Shown here: positions 37,307-46,461 of the stretch, one piece after another | Layout: each line of letters opens with the position of its first letter | How positions within the stretch are numbered: the first letter of the stretch is position 1 | Assembly: GCA_964352815.1 (NCBI GenBank) | Contig: CAYGTO010000003.1 | Coordinates: 348-64,347, forward strand | Source of the DNA: an uncultured Azospirillaceae bacterium | GTDB taxonomy: Bacteria > Pseudomonadota > Alphaproteobacteria > Rickettsiales > UBA3002 | Direction of reading: 5' to 3' | Length of the DNA stretch: 64,000 bases | Made by a program: the position numbers and the translations under genes | Notes under the pieces: generated by a model | The model's input: only the letters and a program-made list of their open reading frames with translations | What the model was told of the DNA's origin: nothing | The model's database searches: none

Positions 37307-37431
37307 GTTCCTATTTGCCCATGTCTGCCAAATGACCGCAATCGAATCCCGCGGGCTAACCACAGCTAACTCTGTGTTTGTGCAAAATGGTTTTGCTTGC
37401 GCTGGCAGGGTTTTTCGCGTAGATACAGCCT

Positions 37432-38361
37432 GTGCCTGATGTTCATACCCATGCCCATCTCATCCACGCCGGGCAGCTTGCCCAGAGCGACATCGCGGCG
37501 CTATTGAAACGCGCCGAGGGGCATTACACACATAATCAGAAGACCGATAAGAAGAATACGAGCCTGAAAGGCCGCACGCAGATTAACCTGTTCTATGAGC
37601 CTTCGACGCGCACGCGCAGCAGCTTTGAGATTGCCGGCAAGCGCCTTGGCATTGATGTGATCAATATGAGCGTCGCACATTCTTCAACGAAAAAAGGCGA
37701 GAGCTTGATTGATACCGCGATGACGCTGAATGCGATGAGTGCGGACTATATTGTCGTGCGCCATCCGATGAGTGGCACGGCGAAACTCTTTACCGAACAT
37801 GTGAATGCGCATGTGATTAATGGCGGCGATGGCGCGCATGCCCACCCGACCCAGGCGCTGCTCGATGCCTTCACCCTAATGCAGCATTTCGAAACGCTCG
37901 AGGGGCTGAAGATTACAATCTGCGGGGATATCTTGCACAGCCGTGTCGCACGCTGTAACGCGGCGTTGCTAAAAACGATGGGTGCGAAAGTGACACTGGT
38001 TGCGCCGCCCACAATGATGCCACAATTTGTCGATAGTTTTGGTGTCGCCCACACACATAGCATGAAAGAAGGCATCAAAGGCGCCGATGCCATTATGATG
38101 CTACGGCTACAACAAGAGCGCATGAACGGGCCGTATCTAGGCTCGCTTGATGAATATTATGATTATTACGGCCTGAGCCGCGAGAAGCTGGCCCTCGCTA
38201 AGCCAGGCGCGCTGATCATGCATCCCGGCCCGGTCAATCGCGGAGTAGAGATTGCAACCGAACTGGTTGATGACCCGGATGTGAGTTTGATTCTGCCGCA
38301 GGTCGAAGCCGGCGTCGCCGTGCGGCAGGCGATTTTGGAATGGATTGCCCAGGAGAAATAG
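37432..38361 (+). CDS. pyrB: Aspartate carbamoyltransferase catalytic subunit
   Basis: FYEPSTRTRSSFE carbamoyl-phosphate motif, HPTQALLD, HPGPVNRG. GTG start as given by the ORF track. Confidence 0.9.
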   Translation: MPDVHTHAHLIHAGQLAQSDIAALLKRAEGHYTHNQKTDKKNTSLKGRTQINLFYEPSTRTRSSFEIAGKRLGIDVINMSVAHSSTKKGESLIDTAMTLNAMSADYIVVRHPMSGTAKLFTEHVNAHVINGGDGAHAHPTQALLDAFTLMQHFETLEGLKITICGDILHSRVARCNAALLKTMGAKVTLVAPPTMMPQFVDSFGVAHTHSMKEGIKGADAIMMLRLQQERMNGPYLGSLDEYYDYYGLSREKLALAKPGALIMHPGPVNRGVEIATELVDDPDVSLILPQVEAGVAVRQAILEWIAQEK

Positions 38362-38389
38362 ATGGGATACGCAAAGTATAAACGAAGTT

Positions 38390-38461
38390 GTCATTACCCG
38401 GCTTGTCCGGGTAATCCAAAGGCGACATCTCTTGGATTGCCCGAATAAATCGGGCAATGAC
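38390..38461. repeat. Palindromic element (same modules as 19252-19322, swapped order)
   Basis: GTCATTACCCGGCTTGTCCGGGTAATCC ... GGATTGCCCGAATAAATCGGGCAATGAC. Confidence 0.65.
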
Positions 38462-38480
38462 ATCGAACAAGGAAGCGTAC

Positions 38481-39827
38481 ATGACTCAGAATTTCACCAA
38501 ACCCACATGGAACCTCGCGGATGATCAGGCCGTGGCCTATATCAATGTCCGCATCATCGACCCGGAAACCGGGCTGGATGAGACTTGCGGCAAGGAAGGC
38601 GGCGTGCTCACCATGGGCGACACGATCGCTGATGTTGGGCCAGATATTTTCAAAGCGGGGATTCCCGACGGCGCGGAGGTAATTGATGGCGGCGGACATG
38701 TGCTCTGCCCCGGCCTGACTGACATTCAGGTGCATTTCCGCGAGCCGGGCCAGGAATATAAAGAAACGATCGAGACCGGCAGTAAATCCTGCGTGGTCGG
38801 CGGCATCACCACTGCGGCCTGCATGCCCAACACCAAGCCGGTGATCGATAATCTGACCACCCTTGGCTATCATCAAAAACAATCACGTGAAACCGGCTAT
38901 ATGCACGTGCGCACCTATGCCTGTATTACACCCGGGATGAAAGGCGAGTCGCTGACCGAGATGCAGACATTGGTTGAACATGGTGCGGTGGGCTTTACCG
39001 ATGATGGGCTGCCGGCGATGGATGCGCAGGTGATGCGCCAGGCGCTGACCATGGGTGCGGCGCTGGGCGTGCCAATTGCGCAGCATGCCGAAGATTTGAA
39101 CCTCTCTGGTGGCGGCGCGATCACGGAAGGCATTGTCTCGGCCGAGCTGGGCATTAAAGGCATTCCGAACGCCTCCGAATCGGTGATTGTCGCGCGCGAT
39201 ATTCTTCTTTCAGAGCTGACGGGCGGCCATTACCATGTGCTGCATATTTCGACGCGCGAGGCGCTCGAGCTGGTGCGCCAGGCGAAGGCGAAGGGCTTGA
39301 ATGTGACCTGCGAAGTAGCGCCGCATCACTTTACGCTGACCGAAGATGCGGTGCGTGAACATGGCGCGAATGCGAAAATGAACCCGCCGCTGCGTAGCGC
39401 TGAGGACCGTGCCGCGCTCATCGAAGGGCTGAAAGATGGGACGATTGACGCCATCGCTACCGACCATGCGCCGCATGAGCTGGAGGTGAAACGTGTGCCG
39501 ATTGAAGAGGGCGCGTTTGGGATTGTTGGCGTGGAGACCATGCTACCCCTCTCACTAGCGCTATACCATGATGGCACGCTGTCCTTGCGCGATGTGCTTG
39601 CGCGTATGACCTATAAGGCGGCGGATATCATTCATGTGCCGGGCGGACGGCTGCAGAAGGGCCAGGTCGCGGATTTGGTGCTGATCGATCTCGAGACTGA
39701 ATGGACCATCGACCCCAGCCAATTCACGAGCAAATCGAAAAACTCTCCTTTCGTCGGGCATCCTGTCAAAGGCCGCGCGGTGCGCACGGTGGTCAGCGGC
39801 GAGACGGTGTATACGCTAAGTGATTGA
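38481..39827 (+). CDS. pyrC: Dihydroorotase-like amidohydrolase (type I; first metal-ligand His replaced by Gln)
   Basis: PGLTDIQVHFREPGQEYKETIETGSK..GGITT..MPNTKP, HVLHIST, ATDHAPH. SD AAGGAAG before the ATG at 38481. Confidence 0.85.
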   Translation: MTQNFTKPTWNLADDQAVAYINVRIIDPETGLDETCGKEGGVLTMGDTIADVGPDIFKAGIPDGAEVIDGGGHVLCPGLTDIQVHFREPGQEYKETIETGSKSCVVGGITTAACMPNTKPVIDNLTTLGYHQKQSRETGYMHVRTYACITPGMKGESLTEMQTLVEHGAVGFTDDGLPAMDAQVMRQALTMGAALGVPIAQHAEDLNLSGGGAITEGIVSAELGIKGIPNASESVIVARDILLSELTGGHYHVLHISTREALELVRQAKAKGLNVTCEVAPHHFTLTEDAVREHGANAKMNPPLRSAEDRAALIEGLKDGTIDAIATDHAPHELEVKRVPIEEGAFGIVGVETMLPLSLALYHDGTLSLRDVLARMTYKAADIIHVPGGRLQKGQVADLVLIDLETEWTIDPSQFTSKSKNSPFVGHPVKGRAVRTVVSGETVYTLSD

Positions 39828-39929
39828 TTCGCCACCAAAACAGAAAGAGGAATTGAGCCATATTTTGAACACATTTTAGAATAAGCCACTGAATTGTTTA
39901 GATTAGTTTAATAAGACCTTGCTATACTC

Positions 39930-40664
39930 ATGACTATGTTACCACTGAATCCCATCATTTGCGCTGTCGATACGACGGAAACGGATCGCGCGGTCAGCTT
40001 GACCGAAGCGGTGCGCCCGCACGTCGGCGGGATCAAGCTGGGGCTGGAATATTTCACGGCCCATGGCGCGGACGGGGTGCGGCAGATCACCGATCTGCGC
40101 GTACCGGTCTTTTTGGATCTGAAATTCCACGATATTCCCAACACCGTTGCCAAAGCGATTCGTGCGACGGCGGGAATCAACACCTTTATGATGACTGTCC
40201 ATACCGCGGGAGGCCATGCGATGCTGCGTGCAGCGATCGATGCCTCTAATGAAGTGGCGGAGATGACAGGCGGCGCGCGGCCGCTGATCATGGGGGTGAC
40301 CGTCCTCACCAGCCTAGATCAGGATGATTTGAATATGGTCGGGGTCGATCATGTCATTGATGATCAGGTGCTTCGGCTCGCTGAGCTGGCGCAAAGCTGT
40401 GGCCTCGATGGGGTGGTCTGCTCCCCACATGAAATCCCACTGATTCGTAAACATTGCGGCAGTGATTTTGTACTGACCGTACCCGGGATTCGCCCTGCAC
40501 AAACGGCACATAGCGATCAGAAGCGCACGCTGACACCGCGTGAAGCGGTTGAACGCGGGGCGGACTATATTGTCGTCGGTCGTCCGATCACTACCGCAGA
40601 TAATTGCGCGGAAGCGGCCTCTAGCATTAAGGCCTCACTCAAGGCCGAGCCAGAGGCAGCGTAA
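39930..40664 (+). CDS. pyrF: Orotidine 5'-phosphate decarboxylase
   Basis: FLDLKFHDIPNTV catalytic motif. DYIVVGRPI phosphate-binding end. Confidence 0.9.
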   Translation: MTMLPLNPIICAVDTTETDRAVSLTEAVRPHVGGIKLGLEYFTAHGADGVRQITDLRVPVFLDLKFHDIPNTVAKAIRATAGINTFMMTVHTAGGHAMLRAAIDASNEVAEMTGGARPLIMGVTVLTSLDQDDLNMVGVDHVIDDQVLRLAELAQSCGLDGVVCSPHEIPLIRKHCGSDFVLTVPGIRPAQTAHSDQKRTLTPREAVERGADYIVVGRPITTADNCAEAASSIKASLKAEPEAA

Positions 40665-40666
40665 AA

Positions 40667-40790
40667 CGTCATTTCGACAGAGCGCGCTAGCGCGACGAGA
40701 AATCTAAGATCCTCACGCCTGCCTGCGCGAAGCCTAAGCTTCGCTTCGGCGAAGGCAGGTCACTCGCTTCGCTCGCTCCTCAGGATGACG
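40667..40790. repeat. Composite palindromic element (CGTCATTTCGAC..GCGCGACGAGAAATCTAAGATC ... CTCAGGATGACG)
   Basis: The first ~48 nt recur at 42099-42145, on the other side of the HD gene. Termini CGTCAT/ATGACG. Confidence 0.65.
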
Positions 40791-40805
40791 GCAAACAGGC
40801 GTAAT

Positions 40806-40850
40806 CTTCACAAAACTGTCATCTAGCTAGCCCCTCTCCTGAGCTACACT
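40806..40850 (+). promoter_or_regulatory. Pho-box-like direct repeat plus -10 hexamer
   Basis: CTTCACAAAACTGTCAT, 22 nt, TACACT. The ATG is at 40880. Confidence 0.4.
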
Positions 40851-40879
40851 AAACTGTGGCAAAATAATATGTTAGGGCA

Positions 40880-42061
40880 ATGCATTCACCTGCTTACATT
40901 TTCGCGCAACATTTTAATGCGCAGCATCCGGGACTGACCGCATCAGACCAGCCGGCGCAGCTACGCGCAGACGCCAAAGCGATCATGGATGCGCTGGTGC
41001 ATGATAGCACCAGGCTGGAACAACTCAGGGACACGCCGAATGTGAGCTCGCTGATCAACAGCATCGATCATGTCAGCCCAGATGCAGGGCGTGCACTAAC
41101 CGCCTACTTCCTCAACACCCCTGAAACGCAATCGCTGACACACCAGTTTGAAACCGTGCTCGAAGTGATCAAACATCACTCGCCGGAAACCTACACCCAC
41201 ATCACCCACCATACGCCGCTCGCCTCAGCCGTATTTCTCGAGCAGGCACAGGACAAAAACGCCGCGATTGAACAGCTCCCCATGTTCTTCTTTGCCGCCG
41301 CCGCGCATGATTTTGGCAAACTCGCGATTCATGACGCATTGCTCCACAAAACCCAGCGCATTGAGCCAGAAGCGATTCACGCGCTATGTGAGAAAGCGCA
41401 GGATACTGATGGGCATTTGCGTGATTATTTGATGCAACTCAATGACGGCCAGATGGATCTTGGCAACGCCGAGCAACGTGACATTGCAGAGAAAGTGCTG
41501 CTGGCGTATCGCGACGCCTTTAAGCAGATGGATCCGACACAGCTTGATGCGCTTTTCACCCCGCATTTCGGCACGCTCAGCGATACGGAACGTCAGGCGA
41601 TCAATGTCCATGACGATGCCAGCGTGGATTATATTGATGCGCTCATCGCACATGGCGCCCTGCCCGACGCGCTGAAACCCGCGCGTGATTTGGTCAGCAT
41701 GGATGGTTACCGCGAGATGAGCACCACGACAAACACATTATCAGACATGCGCGACACGATTCATCTCACCGATATGTTCGACGCGCTGACAGCCCACCGC
41801 TGCTACCGCGCAGGCATGCCAACTGAGAAAGCGCTACGTATTATCGCAGACGAGGCACACAGCAAAGGCATGAACCCTCAGATTGTTGAGACGCTCACCG
41901 CCATGGTGTCTGAAGCACCGACGCAGCATCATGAGGCCGCTAAGCAGACGAGTGATTCGCAACCACCAACACGGCCGATTCCGAAACATGCACATCACAG
42001 CTGGGCCGATTATGTCACGCAGCGCCACGAATCTCCGGCTGGCTCGCCAACGCTCCATTAA
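40880..42061 (+). CDS. HD-domain (HD-GYP-like) phosphohydrolase-family protein
   Basis: AAAAHDFGKLAIHD (HD motif) and HLTDMFDALTAHRCYRAGM (DxxDAL..R.YR), typical of HD/HD-GYP domains. The N-terminal ~130 aa are unrecognised. Confidence 0.7.
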   Translation: MHSPAYIFAQHFNAQHPGLTASDQPAQLRADAKAIMDALVHDSTRLEQLRDTPNVSSLINSIDHVSPDAGRALTAYFLNTPETQSLTHQFETVLEVIKHHSPETYTHITHHTPLASAVFLEQAQDKNAAIEQLPMFFFAAAAHDFGKLAIHDALLHKTQRIEPEAIHALCEKAQDTDGHLRDYLMQLNDGQMDLGNAEQRDIAEKVLLAYRDAFKQMDPTQLDALFTPHFGTLSDTERQAINVHDDASVDYIDALIAHGALPDALKPARDLVSMDGYREMSTTTNTLSDMRDTIHLTDMFDALTAHRCYRAGMPTEKALRIIADEAHSKGMNPQIVETLTAMVSEAPTQHHEAAKQTSDSQPPTRPIPKHAHHSWADYVTQRHESPAGSPTLH

Positions 42062-42098
42062 AAAAGGGCCGCCAAAGCGACCCCTTTTCGTTCTATCA

Positions 42099-42185
42099 TG
42101 TCATTTCGAGCGAGCGCTATTGCGCGACGAGAAATCTAAGATCTCTCCACTGCTTTGCCAAGGCTTCACAGTGTTCGAGACGACA
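42099..42185. repeat. Palindromic element copy (TGTCATTTCGAGCGAGCGCTATTGCGCGACGAGAAATCTAAGATC...)
   Basis: Direct-orientation copy of the element at 40667. Confidence 0.6.
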
Positions 42186-42190
42186 AGATT

Positions 42191-42646
42191 TTACAATTCA
42201 GAAGGATGCTTATCTTTAATACCTTCCCATTTACCGGTGCCTTCTTTGATGTAGCCTGGCACATCTTCTTCCCAAATCTTCTGAACCTTTTTGTTCAGAT
42301 TTAGGTAGAGCTTTCCGTCCACCACTTTATACGCAAGCGGGTCGCTGACGAACTTCTTGCCCTTTGTTACGCCAAATGCACAATAGCCACCGAACTGCGG
42401 CAAGTATTTTTCTGGGTTCGCTTTAAACGCTTCCTTGTTCGCTTTGTCTGTAAACAGATAAGTCACGCCATTATGGTACGCTGCTTGGTTGCCAGAACCT
42501 TTCTTCGGCCCCTCTTCTCCATAATATGACACGACATCATAGCCTTGCAGGGCAACCGTATCGATTTGCGGGTCTGGGCTTACCGCCGCAGAGGCTGGCG
42601 CTACCGCAAGCATGACCCACGAAAGTGCGAGTATCAATTGTTTCAT
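42191..42646 (-). CDS. Secreted YHS-domain-like protein
   Basis: SD AAGGAGAG. Signal peptide MKQLILALSWVMLAVAPASA. GYDVVSYY...YLPQFGGYCAFG pattern, as in proteins annotated as YHS domain-containing. Confidence 0.55.
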   Translation of the reverse strand: MKQLILALSWVMLAVAPASAAVSPDPQIDTVALQGYDVVSYYGEEGPKKGSGNQAAYHNGVTYLFTDKANKEAFKANPEKYLPQFGGYCAFGVTKGKKFVSDPLAYKVVDGKLYLNLNKKVQKIWEEDVPGYIKEGTGKWEGIKDKHPSEL

Positions 42647-42757
42647 TTTCTCTCCTTGGTATTTAATTATGATGCCACCCGCCATTCCATTATGCGATGG
42701 AATGGCGAGTGAACTATTCCTCATACGCCGTAGGTCGCCAAACCCTGCGCGAAGCAA

Positions 42758-42847
42758 TTAGCTGATAATTTCTTTTACGATCGTCGCTGCCAACGCAATG
42801 AGCGAAACGCCGCCAATCAGGGCGAAAAAATAAACGATAGTTTTCAT
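42758..42847 (-). CDS. Candidate 29-aa transmembrane micropeptide (MKTIVYFFALIGGVSLIALAATIVKEIIS)
   Basis: Own translation. SD GGAGA upstream. Below the ORF-track cutoff. Confidence 0.35.
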   Translation of the reverse strand: MKTIVYFFALIGGVSLIALAATIVKEIIS

Positions 42848-42848
42848 A

Positions 42849-42992
42849 TTATTCTCCAATCACTGTATCGGGCTGAGAGTCTAGCGGCCCAGGGGTTTCC
42901 ACAACAGATCCTCCCAAAAGCATGGGGGCTGCGATAAGCGAAAGTAGCCCGAATAAGGCCAGGGCTTTAATGGCAGGGTGGATGTCTTTCAT
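42849..42992 (-). CDS. Candidate 47-aa small protein with signal/TM segment (MKDIHPAIKALALFGLLSLIAAPMLLGGSVVETPGPLDSQPDTVIGE)
   Basis: Own translation. SD GAGGAG 6 nt upstream. Its stop lies 1 nt before the next micropeptide start. Confidence 0.35.
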   Translation of the reverse strand: MKDIHPAIKALALFGLLSLIAAPMLLGGSVVETPGPLDSQPDTVIGE

Positions 42993-43069
42993 AAATGCTC
43001 CTCTGTTTTATAGCACTTGCTGTATAGCGCATGCATTTAGAAGACACAAGGGCCCGCATGCCCCCAGAT

Positions 43070-43098
43070 TTGACAATCACCGTCGCTTCGCGTATTAG
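43070..43098 (+). promoter_or_regulatory. Sigma70-like promoter candidate
   Basis: TTGACA, 17 nt, TATTAG. Ends 34 nt upstream of the 43133 ATG. Confidence 0.35.
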
Positions 43099-43132
43099 TT
43101 AAGAAATCATTAACCTCTATATTCGAGACTTT

Positions 43133-43669
43133 ATGGACCTATCACGCCGCCAACTTATGAAAACCGCATCGATCAGCACGTTGGGGCTCCTCCTACCAAG
43201 CGTTGGGCTCGCCAACGTTGACAGTAAATTCCGCTCGATCGGCTTTAAAAGCCTGCATACCGGCGAAGCGCGCGAGTTTGAATATATGAGCCGGGGGGAA
43301 TATGTGCCTGATGCGATTGCCGCCATGAATCATCTGCTACGTGATCATCGCACGAATGAGGTGATGGTAATGGATATCCGGCTGATTGAGTCGCTGCATG
43401 TGCTGCGTCGTTCGCTTGGGAAGAGCGAAAAGTTTAATCTGATTTCAGCCTATCGCTCGCCGAAAACCAATGCGATGCTGTCAGGAAAATCTGGCGCTGT
43501 GGCGAAGAAAAGTTACCACATGCGCGGCATGGCGATCGACATTGCGATGCCAGGGGTTCAACTGAATCATCTACATACAGCCGCGAAGTCACTGAAAGTG
43601 GGAGGCGTCGGCGCCTATAGTGGCTCTGGTTTTGTCCATATGGATACGGGGCCAGTGCGTTACTGGTAG
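43133..43669 (+). CDS. DUF882 / peptidase M15-like protein (YcbK/MepK-like), Tat-exported
   Basis: Twin-arginine signal LSRRQLMKTAS. SAYRSPKTN, HMRGMAIDI and GGVGAYSGSGFVHMDTG motifs. Confidence 0.8.
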   Translation: MDLSRRQLMKTASISTLGLLLPSVGLANVDSKFRSIGFKSLHTGEAREFEYMSRGEYVPDAIAAMNHLLRDHRTNEVMVMDIRLIESLHVLRRSLGKSEKFNLISAYRSPKTNAMLSGKSGAVAKKSYHMRGMAIDIAMPGVQLNHLHTAAKSLKVGGVGAYSGSGFVHMDTGPVRYW

Positions 43670-45250
43670 TTAGCGACTCGCGACCGAGAAGCTACCATCT
43701 GGCGTGAGCGCATCATTGAGCGCCGTGCGCAGCGCGGCATCCTTGCCATACACATCTTTATAAAACTCCGGACGCCCCTCATCATTCACCCAGGCCGTTA
43801 GGTAAGTCGTGTAGACTGGAACCGGTGACTGCATCGAGATATGACGGTTATCACGCCCATCATACCAGCGATCGAGCTTTGACAGCACCGAACTCGATTG
43901 TTGCTGCATCACGTAACGTGCTAAGGCCTTTGGCTTCTCCACGCGTACGCAGCCCGAGCTGAGCGCACGCTCTGCGCGTTTAAACAGATACGGTTTTGCG
44001 GTATCATGCAGATATATCGCATCCGAATCAGGGAGTACAAATTTGATCTTGCCGAGCGCATTACCGCGGCCAGAAGGTTGGCGAATACGGATATCCTGCG
44101 CTGAAACCGATTCCCAATCCACCTCTTCTGCAACCAACTCTTCACCTGTGAAACGGTCAAAGAACTGATAGCCATTGGCATGCTCAGGATTGTTACGGAT
44201 TTTCGGAAGCAGGTCTTTCTTCATGATATTCGTGGTCGGAGTCCAGGTCGGGTTAAACACCAAACCGGTCACCTTATTCTCAAACTCGGGCGTGCGGCGG
44301 TCTTTCTTGCCCACAATCACTCGCATACGCAGCGCTGGCTCACCCTGCTCATAAGCGGTGAGTGTGTAGCCCGGAATGTTCACATGGATATAGTCTTCTT
44401 GGTCAAAATTCAGCTGACGTAAGCGCTCCATCGAGAGCTGAATCTGCTCAACGCGTTTGCGTAGCGGGATATTCATCGTCGCGATCGTTTGCATTCCAAT
44501 CACACCATCATCCTCTAGGCCGTGGCGTTTTTGGAAGCGCGCGACCGCTTCTTGCAACGCTTCATCATAGGGCGCCGGCTGACGCATCGCCTCTTCATTG
44601 CGCGCATTCGGAATCATATCAACATTGCGATACACATAATCACCCGTCAGATAGAGCAAATGACGAATGGGATGCACACGGGCGTCTTTAGCTCCTGGCT
44701 TGATGGCGCCGCCCTGCTCTGCAATGCGCGGCAGACCACCGCTTTGGCCGAGCATGCGGTAGGTTTGCAGGGCATTCTTCAAGCCCGTGTAGGCGGCATG
44801 TGTTCCGGCGATCCGGTCCCAATGCGCACCCACATCATATTCGTGGGACAGCAACGTTACATGCTTACGAATGGTGTAATCATTGAGAATATCACGGCTT
44901 TGGCGTGCGGTTTTAGCGAAGCCATGCGCAAGGCCAGCAACAATGCGTGCGACCCATTGATCCAGCGCCGCATGCTTTTCCATGCACGGACGCTCCCCGC
45001 CAACAATCTCACGAAACTGCTCCGCAAACACCTTCGAATCCACGCCATGATGGTCTAATTCAGGAATCGCCTCATACAGGCGCGTGCCCTGAATCGTTAG
45101 GGCCGAACACGCTGGATTGAGCCAGTTCGAATAATGATAATCTGATGATGCGCCTGGATAGGCCGTGCCCGCTTGCACTGGAAACGCCACGAAAAGGAGC
45201 GCAAGATACGCACTTGAACTGATGACCAGAAACCACAAAGACCGACTCAC
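43670..45250 (-). CDS. L,D-transpeptidase (YcbB/LdtD-like) with peptidoglycan-binding domain
   Basis: PG-binding VARFQKRHGLEDDGVIGMQT. YkuD catalytic LSSGCVRV. ~520 aa as for YcbB. Confidence 0.85.
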   Translation of the reverse strand: MSRSLWFLVISSSAYLALLFVAFPVQAGTAYPGASSDYHYSNWLNPACSALTIQGTRLYEAIPELDHHGVDSKVFAEQFREIVGGERPCMEKHAALDQWVARIVAGLAHGFAKTARQSRDILNDYTIRKHVTLLSHEYDVGAHWDRIAGTHAAYTGLKNALQTYRMLGQSGGLPRIAEQGGAIKPGAKDARVHPIRHLLYLTGDYVYRNVDMIPNARNEEAMRQPAPYDEALQEAVARFQKRHGLEDDGVIGMQTIATMNIPLRKRVEQIQLSMERLRQLNFDQEDYIHVNIPGYTLTAYEQGEPALRMRVIVGKKDRRTPEFENKVTGLVFNPTWTPTTNIMKKDLLPKIRNNPEHANGYQFFDRFTGEELVAEEVDWESVSAQDIRIRQPSGRGNALGKIKFVLPDSDAIYLHDTAKPYLFKRAERALSSGCVRVEKPKALARYVMQQQSSSVLSKLDRWYDGRDNRHISMQSPVPVYTTYLTAWVNDEGRPEFYKDVYGKDAALRTALNDALTPDGSFSVASR

Positions 45251-45504
45251 ACCACACTCCTGATACTGACAGAATGTTACTCTATTCCTTAATCATACTG
45301 CGGAAGCGTTAATATTTGGTTTCCCTTCCTTAAGAATAAGATAGCTCCAGGATAACTGCCTTAGGAATCTGTTTTTCATGAGGAATTATCCCGCACGCCC
45401 CAACATAGAAGCTAGCCCCAAATGCTTAAGATTTTAATTAAATCCATTGTAACTCGCGCCCCTTTATGGCATGATGAAAGGGTGTTGTGTGGAGTAATTA
45501 TCTG

Positions 45505-46461
45505 ATGAATTCGTCCCCCCCTTCTGTCACTGATGGGTTTAGCGTGCTGCTGGTCGACACCTCTCATGAGGGGCTTTACGACATGGAATCGGCTGTTTTG
45601 CAGCACTACCCCAATGCCGCGCTGCATTACGCGCATTCTCTCACCGCAGCAAAAGATATGATGCTGGAGCAGAACCCTCACTGCGTCATGCTTACCAAAG
45701 CGACTGTGACAGAGGGCAATGCAGTAAAACCTGAATTGATCCATGGGCTGCAACATACCGTCCCAGATATACCAATCATTTTGTGTACCAATCAGTGCGA
45801 CACGGCCGAAGTCACTGACTTTATTCGTCATGGGCTTCAAGACGCGCTCACGCATGAGCAGCTTCATTCCCCATATTTACCACACGCGATTCAGTGCGCC
45901 GTCGCGCGTAAAGAATCAGAAAAAGACCTCATTAAACTCGCAAATTATGACATGCTCACCGGTCTTGCCAACCGTTTGCGGTTTGAAACCGCGCTCGATA
46001 TGGCGCTCGCGCGCATGGGCCGCCGCGAAAGCATGATCGGCGTGTTGTTCCTTGATCTTGATGGGTTCAAGGCGGTCAATGACACACATGGCCACGCCTT
46101 TGGTGACGCGCTGCTCAAAGAAGTGGGTAACCGTATGAAACGCGCATTACGCGCCTGTGACTTAGTCGCGCGCTTTGGCGGAGATGAATTTGCGATCCTG
46201 CTCGAAGGGCTGAACGAGGTGCATCATACGCAATTGGTCGCACAGAAAATCATACGCTTGTTCAGCAAACCCTTTCATGTGATTGACGAGCCGATCGCGA
46301 TTGGCGTCAGTATTGGCATAAGCTGCTGCGCAGAAACCAGCGATAAAAGCCGCGAAGAGTTGATGCTGCAAGCGGATCGCGCCATGTACAGTGCGAAGCT
46401 TGTGAGCGGCAGCGCCTACCACTTCTATCACAAAGAACAGACCGGTCTACAACCCGCTTAG
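45505..46461 (+). CDS. GGDEF diguanylate cyclase with degenerate receiver-like N-terminal domain
   Basis: RFGGDEFAILL active site, DMLTGLANR, FLDLDGFKAVND. The N-terminal REC-like fold lacks the expected acceptor Asp (PHCVMLTK). Confidence 0.8.
   Translation: MNSSPPSVTDGFSVLLVDTSHEGLYDMESAVLQHYPNAALHYAHSLTAAKDMMLEQNPHCVMLTKATVTEGNAVKPELIHGLQHTVPDIPIILCTNQCDTAEVTDFIRHGLQDALTHEQLHSPYLPHAIQCAVARKESEKDLIKLANYDMLTGLANRLRFETALDMALARMGRRESMIGVLFLDLDGFKAVNDTHGHAFGDALLKEVGNRMKRALRACDLVARFGGDEFAILLEGLNEVHHTQLVAQKIIRLFSKPFHVIDEPIAIGVSIGISCCAETSDKSREELMLQADRAMYSAKLVSGSAYHFYHKEQTGLQPA

Noticed and set aside
45412-45867. 151-aa minus-strand ORF overlapping the start of the GGDEF gene
   Set aside because: It overlaps the receiver-like domain of a well-supported gene on the other strand. 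It has no SD or motif and a Cys/His/Arg-rich shadow composition.
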